Assembly: GCA_041494685.1 (NCBI GenBank)
Contig: JBGQBE010000021.1
Span: 1-50,163 of the forward strand
Source of the DNA: Dehalococcoidia bacterium
Lineage (GTDB): Bacteria > Chloroflexota > Dehalococcoidia > DSTF01 > JACRBR01
Direction of reading: 5' to 3'
DNA length: 50,163 bases
Shown here in pieces: positions 8,338-16,306 of the stretch. The translations under genes and the position numbers were made by a program. Numbering within the stretch: the stretch's first letter is position 1; each line of letters opens with the position of its first letter. The notes under the pieces were generated by a model. It did not search any database. It was given only the letters and a program-made list of their open reading frames with translations, and was not told where the DNA came from.

Positions 8338-11300
8338 TTATTCGGATCCGACGCCCGCTGCGGCGGCAAGCGTACGCTGGAGCCAGCGGTCACCCGCGCC
8401 AATCCGGCGGTAGATGGCCTGGGCCTCGCGCACATGCTCTTCGGCCTCGGAGGCATTGCCCAGACGCCGGGCAGCGCGGGCCCACTGCAGCTGGAGTTCG
8501 GCCTCGTCCCACACCAGCTCGGCGGCGTCGAAGATGCGCCTTGCCGCAACGAATCGCTCGGCCGTGTGCGCTGCATCGCCAGCGGCAGCGGCGATGGCGC
8601 CCTCGATCATCGCGACACGTCCCGCCTGGCTGCCCCACTGTTCGCCGGCGTCGACGATCGTCCGCGCTCTTACCACGTGCTCGCGCGCTTCGTCGACGCG
8701 CCCGGCGTCCGCGCAGACGAGCGCCAGCTCAATCCGGGCGCGCAGCTCGATCAGCGTGCCGCCGCCCTCAGTCCCGATCGCCAGTTCGTCGCGCAGCAGG
8801 CGCTCGGCCTCCTGGACGTCACCACGCGCAAGCTGCAGCGCGGCGAGCTGGTGCGCGCGGCTGGCGTACGCGGAGCGATGTCCGACGGCGGCCAGCATCT
8901 CGAACCCCTGGCGCCAGGTGGCCTCTGCGCCGTCCCAGTCGCCATCGCAGTAGCGCACCATCGCCGTGAGGAAGCCATCCGGCACCTCCGATGCCAGCTG
9001 CTTCGCTTCGTCGAGCCGGCCGTTGCGGCAGAGCGCGCAGCCGAGGTCCTCGATGATCGCCGTGCGGTGCGTCTCAGCAGCCGCAAGGCGCTGCTTCTCC
9101 ATCTCGCGGCGATACAGCTCGCCTGAGCCCGCGCGATAGCCCTCCGTCCAGTCCGCGATGTTCGTGACGGCGTAGTACGCCACGAGCGGGATGGTGAGCC
9201 GGTCCGCGATCTCGTAGGCGCGCGTCAGGAGCGCCTTCGACTCGCCGAGGCGCCCGGCGGCCTTCAACGACGTGCCGCGGAGCAGCGCGGCGCTCGCCCA
9301 GAGGATCTCCAGCCCCAGCCGCTCCGCCACATCCATCGCACGCTGAGACGCCGCCAACGCCTCGTTCACACGCACCGCGTTGAATGCCGCCGACGCCTGC
9401 CCGACGTAGAAGTAGACGATCGCCGGGCGCTCCGCGCCACGAGAGAGCACGGCCTCCGCCGCGCGATAGTGGTCGAGCGCGCGAGAGAGATCCATGTACC
9501 GCGCATAGCGGACGTCTCCCACGTGGGTGGACAGCGCTCTCCCGAGCCGCGAATGGATCTGCGCCGCCCGTTCGTCATCGCCCAACTGCTCACGCAGCCG
9601 GAGCGCGCGCTCCAGGTACTGCAGCCCCGCTTCATAGTCTCCGCCGGTGCCGGCGATGAGGTCTTCCAGCCGCTCCAGCAGTGCGGCGATCTGCTCCGGA
9701 TCGGCGCGGACCTGGTCCATGAGCTGCAGCGCCGTCTCCCAGTACCTGACGGCTTCTTCCCACGCAAACCGCGCCCGCGCGGCCTCACCAGCGCGCACGC
9801 TGTAGCCGATCGCCTTCTCGGCGTCACCACCCGCGCGCGCCGCGAGGGCGAAGTGATGCGCCAGCTCGCCGAGATGCTTGTCCCGTTCCGCGAGCGATTC
9901 CAGCGCCTCGCCGACTGCCTCGTGCAACTCGCCGCGCCGCGAGTATGGCAAGCGGGAATACAGTGTCTTGCGAATGACATCGTGCGTGAACTCGAACCCG
10001 TCCAGATGATCGTCGGTGGGACGGATGATGCCCGCGGTCGCCGCCTCGCCAAGCGCGTTCATCGCCAACTCGCGCGTCGCGCGCGCCACGCGGGTCAGCA
10101 ACCAGGCTTCAAAGCGGCTGCCGATGACGGCCGCCGTTCGCAACACTTCCACACAGTCGTCCGAGAGCGATTCCATCCGGTCCAGCACGATGTCCTGCAC
10201 CGTCTCGGGCACGCCGCGGATGTCGCGCCCTGAGAGGAGGAGGCGCGCGTACTCACGAGCGAACAGCGGATTCCCGCCGGACTCGCGCGCGATCTCCCTC
10301 ACCACGCCGCGCGCCGGATCCGTCCCCGTCGTCAGCCGGATGTACTGGCCGATCTCCTGTTCGTTGAACCCCGCCAGCGCGATCCGCGCCTTCAGGCCTG
10401 AGCGCACGATCTCCGAGAGCGCCTCGCGCAGCGCCGGCCGCTTCGCGGCTTCGGCCGTCCTGTGCGTGGCAACGAGCAGGACGCGCTGACCGGCGCACTC
10501 GCGCGCGATGGACCTCAGAAGCAGCAGCGCCGAGTCGTCCGCGTCGTGCAGGTCCTCGATCACCAGCAGTATGGGCGCACGCCGGGAGATGAAGCGGATC
10601 AGCCGGTTGACGCCGTCGAACAGGCGAAAGCGCGCCCGCTCAGGCGACACGGGTGCCGGTGGAGCAGCCGGGAACACGCCGCGCAACTCGCTGAAGAGTT
10701 CGACGATCTCCTGCGCCGAAGCACCGAGCGCCGTGTGCAGCCCGCCGGTGTCGGCGGCAGGGATCAACGGCCGTAGCGCCTCAACCCACGCGTGGTACGG
10801 AGGGGCGCCCTCGTCGCCGAAACACCGTCCCACGCCCACCTGGCAATCGCGCATCCGCGCGTAGTCGAGCAGCTCCTGGGTCAGGCGCGTCTTGCCGATG
10901 CCCGGTTCACCGTGGATCAGCACCACCCCGCCTGAGCCGGACATGGCGTCCGCCAGCGCCCGCCGGAGCTGCGACATCTCAGGATCGCGGCCGACGAGCC
11001 TCGTCTCCGCCCGCCCGGCCACCGCGACGGTGACGGCGTCCGGCTGCCGCGAGACGAGCGCGCGATACAACGCCGCCGTTTCGTCCGACGGTTCGACGCC
11101 CAGTTCCCGCAGGAGCGCGCTGCGACAGCGCTCGTACTCCGCGATGGCGGCGGCGCGGTCGCCTGCCAGCTCCGACACACGCATGACGGAGCGCACGATC
11201 TCCTCATCGAGACTGTCGTCGCGTACGCTCCTCAGCAGATCCGCGGCGCGCAGCCACTCGCCGCGCGTCTCGTACAACTCGGACAGCCGGCGGACGAGTT

Positions 11301-11796
11301 GTATGCGCAGGCTGCTGAGACCTTCGCGATGTGGCTCCGTCCACGGCTCATACAGCTCACCCGGCAGGAGTTGCCCACCGTAGAATTCCAGCGCCCGCTC
11401 ATACAACACGACATCCGTGCCGGCATCCAGGGCCACGTCTGCGGCGCGCCTGAACTCCTCGATGTCTACCACGACCCCGGCGGGCAACGAGACGATCGCA
11501 CCGGCCAGTGAGACGATGTCGCGTGACGACCCTTCATCGCGAAACGCCCTGCGAAGGAAGTGGAGATGTTTATAGAGGCTGTTGCGCGCGGCGGTCGGCT
11601 CCAGCTCTGGCCACAGCGTCTCGCTGATCTGCTCGCGGTTCAGCGCGTGCTCGGGCGAAAGCGCGAGCAGTTTGATCAGCCAGGAGGACTTACGACGGCG
11701 GCTCAGCCGCTCGTCCGACAGGCGCGCCACGCCGTCGGCGATCTCGAATCGACCGAGCAGCTTGATGTGCGTGGGCTGCGGCAACGGTTCTGACAA
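8338..11796 (-). CDS. AfsR/SARP-like regulator: wHTH-BTAD + STAND (AAA_16) ATPase + TPR repeats
   Basis: IKLLGRFEI...LWPE...ELGVEPSDET (BTAD); LVGRDPE; Walker A GEPGIGKT; Walker B LLVIEDLH; GGNPLF; helical C-terminus. TTG start with GGAG SD. Confidence 0.9.
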   Translation of the reverse strand: MSEPLPQPTHIKLLGRFEIADGVARLSDERLSRRRKSSWLIKLLALSPEHALNREQISETLWPELEPTAARNSLYKHLHFLRRAFRDEGSSRDIVSLAGAIVSLPAGVVVDIEEFRRAADVALDAGTDVVLYERALEFYGGQLLPGELYEPWTEPHREGLSSLRIQLVRRLSELYETRGEWLRAADLLRSVRDDSLDEEIVRSVMRVSELAGDRAAAIAEYERCRSALLRELGVEPSDETAALYRALVSRQPDAVTVAVAGRAETRLVGRDPEMSQLRRALADAMSGSGGVVLIHGEPGIGKTRLTQELLDYARMRDCQVGVGRCFGDEGAPPYHAWVEALRPLIPAADTGGLHTALGASAQEIVELFSELRGVFPAAPPAPVSPERARFRLFDGVNRLIRFISRRAPILLVIEDLHDADDSALLLLRSIARECAGQRVLLVATHRTAEAAKRPALREALSEIVRSGLKARIALAGFNEQEIGQYIRLTTGTDPARGVVREIARESGGNPLFAREYARLLLSGRDIRGVPETVQDIVLDRMESLSDDCVEVLRTAAVIGSRFEAWLLTRVARATRELAMNALGEAATAGIIRPTDDHLDGFEFTHDVIRKTLYSRLPYSRRGELHEAVGEALESLAERDKHLGELAHHFALAARAGGDAEKAIGYSVRAGEAARARFAWEEAVRYWETALQLMDQVRADPEQIAALLERLEDLIAGTGGDYEAGLQYLERALRLREQLGDDERAAQIHSRLGRALSTHVGDVRYARYMDLSRALDHYRAAEAVLSRGAERPAIVYFYVGQASAAFNAVRVNEALAASQRAMDVAERLGLEILWASAALLRGTSLKAAGRLGESKALLTRAYEIADRLTIPLVAYYAVTNIADWTEGYRAGSGELYRREMEKQRLAAAETHRTAIIEDLGCALCRNGRLDEAKQLASEVPDGFLTAMVRYCDGDWDGAEATWRQGFEMLAAVGHRSAYASRAHQLAALQLARGDVQEAERLLRDELAIGTEGGGTLIELRARIELALVCADAGRVDEAREHVVRARTIVDAGEQWGSQAGRVAMIEGAIAAAAGDAAHTAERFVAARRIFDAAELVWDEAELQLQWARAARRLGNASEAEEHVREAQAIYRRIGAGDRWLQRTLAAAAGVGSE

Positions 11797-11866
11797 GCTG
11801 ATGCTCCACTGCGATCGTTGCGCGCACCGGCCCTGCTATTCTACGCCCTTTGACCGGACGACGTGT

Positions 11867-14047
11867 TCACCCACGGCCGGAGTCCCCTCCCGCCCACTTC
11901 GCCGCGTCCATCCGTGCGACGGACTGCGCGGAGCGCACGGCCTCGCCCGACGGCGTGCGCAGACCCGGCCACCGTCGGTCCAGGCTGTACGCGGCCGGTG
12001 TGTGCCTGATGCCATCCCGGCGACGCCCCATCGGGATCCCGTAGCGTTCACCGCGCCCGGCGTCATCGAGCGCGAGGAGGCATTCGTTGAGCCACAGCAG
12101 CTCGAGCGCAACGAGCAGCAGCGTCAGAACCATGAGCACCCAGTACGCGGCGCCGAGGTCAAACGGGAACAGCAGGATCGCGGGCAGGACGATCGTCGGC
12201 AGCCAGACGATAGTCGACGCACCCAGCGGCAGGGCGACCGGGCCGCGCCGCGCGGGACGCAGCTCTCGCGCCGACCGGCCAAGGCTCTGCCAGAAGAAAT
12301 TGGTGTAGACGTCCATCAACGCGTTCGTCGCCAGCAGGAGCACCACCGCCACGACGGCGTCGCGCGCGAACCGGTTGCCGCACACCGCATCGCCCGCGAA
12401 CGTAAGTTGCGCCCGTGAGAGCGCGCCCGAGATTACATCACCGGCAGCGCTCGTGACCGCGCCGTACACCCCAACGTCCGTGTTGCGGCAGATGATCTCG
12501 CGGCCCCGCACCATGCTGGTGATCGCGGCCAGCGGCACGGCCACCACGATCATCCGCAGCCGCACGATCGGGCTGACCAGCGCGAACCGCAGGTTCGACA
12601 GCAACTGCCCGCGCGTTGCCGTGCGTTCCCCCGGCCGCGCGAGATCAGGATCGATCGCGTTCAGCAGCTCCGGCACGAATTCCTGCTGGTTGCGAAAATA
12701 CTCCGAGTGCTCGGTGGAAAGGGGGGATCCAAGGTTCGTCATCTGGCGGTTTGGCCCGAACGCGGCGCCTGGCGGCGCCGCCCAGCCGAGAAAGTCGGCT
12801 GGCGCGACAGGGCCGTGCGGCGCCGGATCCCACGCGGTGAAGGCGTTGACCCAGGCCGTACGCCTATCCTGTTCGACGCACTGTGCGTTCACGAGGGGCT
12901 CCGAGAGCGGGGTGGCCAGGCTGCTGAACCCGTGCTTCGCCCAGTTCAACGCCGCGCCCACGGTGATCAGGCGGTAGCGGAACTGGGTGGACGCCTCGCG
13001 CTGCTTGATCTCCGGCTCGCTCAGCAGCCACCATGCCAGCGGCCCGCCGCCCGAATGCCCGATCACCGTGATCGTCCCGCCCGGCGCAACGCGCGACTCA
13101 ATCTCTCCGAGCGCCCTTCGCAGGCGTGCGTGGATGGCCGCGCTCGCGATGTGGTTGTCCGCGACCGTCTCCATATCGCCGATCCCATGACCGAGCAGCG
13201 ACTGCTCCGCCTTCTTGATCGCGCCGAGACCGAACCCTTCCATTAGCGGCAGCGACGCAAGCCAGCGAGCAACCACGGCCGCGAGCGGCAGGAGCACGGC
13301 GCCGGCGAGTGTGACGACAAGGACGAAGCCGCGCTGGATCTCGTAGACCGCCAGCGTGCCGGCCGATGTGAGCGCCAGCAGCCGTCGTGGCGGAGTGAGC
13401 GTCGCGGCATTTTCGGAATCCGGCCAGACGTCGGACAGTGCGGCCCAAAGGGTAACGAACGCCGATGACAGCACGAGCGCCACTGCCACCGGCGCACGTG
13501 CCGACAGCGCCACACCGGCAAGCAGGAGCGCGAGCGCCGCGAGCGAGACGAGCCATCGCCATCCGCGCGCGATGTAGACGCTCAACTCCCACATCATCTT
13601 CGCCGCGTTTCGCCCCGCCCACGATGACACGACTTTCACCGGGGAGGGCGTGAAGACATCCTCCCATCGACCTTCGACGGCGAGCAGACGGCGAGGGGCA
13701 TCGCTGACTCCCTGCGCGCCCGTCACCGGCACGTAGCTGATCAGCAGCGCATCGTACGCGCCGCCCGGTGCCGCGGAGTCGCCCAGCGTCAGCGCCGACG
13801 CGTCGACGAGCGCGCCCAGTTCCGACAGGCGCACGAGCAGCGGATCGACCATGTCGAACAGGATCGAGGTCCGCGCGTGCGTCCCGATACCCGGAATAAG
13901 CAGGAGCGCCGCATCGAAGCGCCCGGACGCGGCCAGCGTCTCCGCGTCGTTGGCCATGACGAACGCGCGCTGAGCGCTGCCGGCAGCGCCAGTGGTTGCG
14001 GAGCGCTCTCGCGGCGCGGCGGGTAACGCAGGCTGAACGCTGTTCAT
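11867..14047 (-). CDS. Membrane-embedded alpha/beta-hydrolase-like protein (hydrolase B, paralog of 6263-7810)
   Basis: LIPGIGTH, IGDM, GHSGGG, ITVGAALNWA, WVNAFTAWDPAP, EHSEYF; multiple TM segments. Confidence 0.75.
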   Translation of the reverse strand: MNSVQPALPAAPRERSATTGAAGSAQRAFVMANDAETLAASGRFDAALLLIPGIGTHARTSILFDMVDPLLVRLSELGALVDASALTLGDSAAPGGAYDALLISYVPVTGAQGVSDAPRRLLAVEGRWEDVFTPSPVKVVSSWAGRNAAKMMWELSVYIARGWRWLVSLAALALLLAGVALSARAPVAVALVLSSAFVTLWAALSDVWPDSENAATLTPPRRLLALTSAGTLAVYEIQRGFVLVVTLAGAVLLPLAAVVARWLASLPLMEGFGLGAIKKAEQSLLGHGIGDMETVADNHIASAAIHARLRRALGEIESRVAPGGTITVIGHSGGGPLAWWLLSEPEIKQREASTQFRYRLITVGAALNWAKHGFSSLATPLSEPLVNAQCVEQDRRTAWVNAFTAWDPAPHGPVAPADFLGWAAPPGAAFGPNRQMTNLGSPLSTEHSEYFRNQQEFVPELLNAIDPDLARPGERTATRGQLLSNLRFALVSPIVRLRMIVVAVPLAAITSMVRGREIICRNTDVGVYGAVTSAAGDVISGALSRAQLTFAGDAVCGNRFARDAVVAVVLLLATNALMDVYTNFFWQSLGRSARELRPARRGPVALPLGASTIVWLPTIVLPAILLFPFDLGAAYWVLMVLTLLLVALELLWLNECLLALDDAGRGERYGIPMGRRRDGIRHTPAAYSLDRRWPGLRTPSGEAVRSAQSVARMDAAKWAGGDSGRG

Positions 14048-14054
14048 AAGCGCG

Positions 14055-14084
14055 ACTATCCGCCGCGGCGGTGCATTCTGTCAA
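14055..14084 (-). promoter_or_regulatory. Promoter TTGACA-18-GATAGT, probably giving a leaderless mRNA for hydrolase B
   Basis: Consensus -35; -10 ends 7 nt before the ATG at 14047; no SD. Confidence 0.5.
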
Positions 14085-14186
14085 GAGAGTCACCCGTGAT
14101 ACTTCGAATCTGGCGGCCTCGGCCGCCCGTTGATATCCTGCGATCTGTGATTGATTTTTCCCCGAACTACAAGACATCAAGCGCAT

Positions 14187-14200
14187 CACGGTGTACCGTG
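14187..14200. promoter_or_regulatory. Palindrome CACGGT-GT-ACCGTG, candidate MarR operator
   Basis: Inverted repeat upstream of the MarR gene, overlapping a TGTAAT element. Confidence 0.35.
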
Positions 14201-14258
14201 TAATTCGCGCCGGCCTGAAGAATGCCGCCAACTGCATCGATAAGAGCGAGGTACCCCC

Positions 14259-14789
14259 ATGCCACCGAAGTCGAAGACAGCTGCCGCCCCCTCTCCGTCC
14301 TTTATGGATGCATCGCTGACACCATGGGTATTGGTCAGCGAACTGTACTGGATGTCGTACAAGCTGCTGGAGCGCCGGTTCTACCACCTCGGCGTCTCCG
14401 CGTCACAAGCCCGCGTGCTGGCCGTGCTGCACTACGCCGTCGAGCCGATCAAGCCGAGCCTGGTCGCCACCATCCTCTTCCAGGAGACCCAGAGCATCAC
14501 CGGCATCCTGCACCGCATCGAGACGCGCGGCTGGGTGCGGCGCCTGCCCGACCCGAACGACCGCCGTGCCGTGGGCCTTCAGTTGACCGACAAGGGCAAG
14601 GAGATCACCGCGGAGATCGTCAAGATCGCGGATGAGCTCTACAACGACCTGTTCGGCTCGGTGCTGAGCGCGACCGAAGTCCGTCAGATCGAAACGAGCC
14701 TCAAGAAGGTCCGCGCCGTCGGGTTCAAGCTGCCCGAGACGGACTTCAAGCTTCGCCGCGCACAGCAGTACCCCGTCTGGAAGGACTAG
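14259..14789 (+). CDS. MarR-family transcriptional regulator
   Basis: GVSASQARVL...ITGILHRIETRGWVRRLPDPNDRRAVGLQLTDKG; GAGG SD. Confidence 0.92.
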   Translation: MPPKSKTAAAPSPSFMDASLTPWVLVSELYWMSYKLLERRFYHLGVSASQARVLAVLHYAVEPIKPSLVATILFQETQSITGILHRIETRGWVRRLPDPNDRRAVGLQLTDKGKEITAEIVKIADELYNDLFGSVLSATEVRQIETSLKKVRAVGFKLPETDFKLRRAQQYPVWKD

Positions 14790-14817
14790 CGCTCCAGCGC
14801 CGCGAAGACACGACCGC

Positions 14818-14850
14818 GAGGGCCCGCATTCGAGCGGGCCCTCTGCTTTT
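14818..14850 (+). terminator. Intrinsic terminator
   Basis: GAGGGCCCGC-ATTCGA-GCGGGCCCTC followed by TGCTTTT. Confidence 0.8.
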
Positions 14851-14911
14851 CTCCCGGCCCTCAACGTCGCGCGTGACGCTGAACCTGAGCGTGTGCCCGG
14901 TACCATCGTCC

Positions 14912-14998
14912 ATGCCGAATGGCACCCCTACGCGGGGCGGATGCACAGCCAACTGTGTCTGAACGGCCGACGCGCGCCGGCGCGACGCGATGCACACT
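14912..14998 (+). promoter_or_regulatory. Three degenerate GGGCC-N4-GGCCC-like boxes (14912, 14934, 14956) plus -10 CACACT
   Basis: ATGCCGAATGGCAC, GGGGCGGATGCACA, TGTCTGAACGGCCG at 22-bp period; -10 at 14993-14998. Confidence 0.4.
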
Positions 14999-15025
14999 GC
15001 CCGTAGGCTACGAAGGGGTGGGGGT

Positions 15026-16198
15026 ATGAGCACCGCGACGGAACGCATCATGCACGAAGAGTCACGAGGCACGCTGCTCGAGGACGGTCGGTTTGAAGCG
15101 CTGCTGCGCCAATTGGTCAACTCTGAGCACGACAAGGGCATCCTCAGCGTCTATCTCGACATCGATCCTTCCACGGCCGGGCGCAACGGACACCAGGCAG
15201 CCCTGATGGATCTCTGGAAACCGCTCCGCGCCCGGCCGCGCGACGCCTGGATGCGCGGCCGGCTGGAGTACGAGATCGAGGGTGTCACGGAGGAAGTCCG
15301 GAACTGGAAGCAAGCACCCGGGCGCTCGGCGGCGATGTTCTTCAGCGGTCCCGCGGGCCTGCGCGCAGTCGTCCCGCTTCACTTCCCCGTCCGTCCGGTC
15401 GCGCGCTTCGAAGCCCGCCCGGTGCTGGCGCCGCTCATCGCCGCGCTGGACGAGCACCGCCGCTACTGCGTCGTCCTGTTCAATAAGGAGCGCGCGCGTC
15501 TCATCACGGTCTTCCTCGGCGACGTCGAGGACGAGACGGTGCTGCAGAGCGACATCCTCGGGCGCAGCGACGTCGGCGGCTTCGCGCAGGCGAATTACGC
15601 GCGCCACCGCGAGCACCAGTTGCACGAACACGCCCGCCGCACGGTGGAGCACCTCTGGGCGATCGACCGCACGCGGCCCATCCACGCGCTGATCCTGGGT
15701 GGGCCCGATGAAGCGCTGTCCGTCCTGCGCCGCGCCCTGCCTCCCGCGCTCGACCGCGCTGTCGCGGGTACCCTCGATGTCGAGATGTTCGCCATCACGC
15801 CCGACGTCGTGCATCGCGTCACGGCCCTGGAGGTATCCACGCGGGAGACCGAAGACGCGCAACTCGTCGCGGAACTCACCACCGCGACGGGAAAGGGCGG
15901 TCGTGCGGCGGCTGGCTGGACCGATACGCTGCAGGCGTTGGGCGAAGGGCGCGTACACATGCTGGTGCTGCCGGCGGCGACCACGCGCGCCGGCGTCCAT
16001 TGCCCGGAAGGGCACTTCATCTCGGTCGGCGAGATGAAGTTCTGCCCCGTGTGCGGCGGCCAGCTTCAGGCCAGCGACGACGTCACCGAGACCGCGGTCC
16101 GCGTAGCGATGCTCACCGACGCGACGGTGCACTTCCTCGCGCCGGATGCCGGTGCGGCCTTCGCGCAGCGGGGCATCGGCGCCTTCCTGCGGTACTGA
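15026..16198 (+). CDS. Bacterial aeRF1/pelota-like (baeRF/VLRF1-type) protein with C-terminal Zn ribbon
   Basis: LSVYLDID, GGFAQANYAR loop, LILGGP, GWTDTLQALGEGRVHML, CPEGH...CPVCG, GIGAFLRY C-terminus. Confidence 0.8.
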   Translation: MSTATERIMHEESRGTLLEDGRFEALLRQLVNSEHDKGILSVYLDIDPSTAGRNGHQAALMDLWKPLRARPRDAWMRGRLEYEIEGVTEEVRNWKQAPGRSAAMFFSGPAGLRAVVPLHFPVRPVARFEARPVLAPLIAALDEHRRYCVVLFNKERARLITVFLGDVEDETVLQSDILGRSDVGGFAQANYARHREHQLHEHARRTVEHLWAIDRTRPIHALILGGPDEALSVLRRALPPALDRAVAGTLDVEMFAITPDVVHRVTALEVSTRETEDAQLVAELTTATGKGGRAAAGWTDTLQALGEGRVHMLVLPAATTRAGVHCPEGHFISVGEMKFCPVCGGQLQASDDVTETAVRVAMLTDATVHFLAPDAGAAFAQRGIGAFLRY

Positions 16199-16306
16199 AC
16201 GGCCGGCACGCGCGGGGCGGACGCCGCGCCGGGTGCTACACTCAGCCATGACGATGCGAATGCCACTCCCGCCGGCTGATGCACGCGCACAGCGGGCTTC
16301 GAGACT

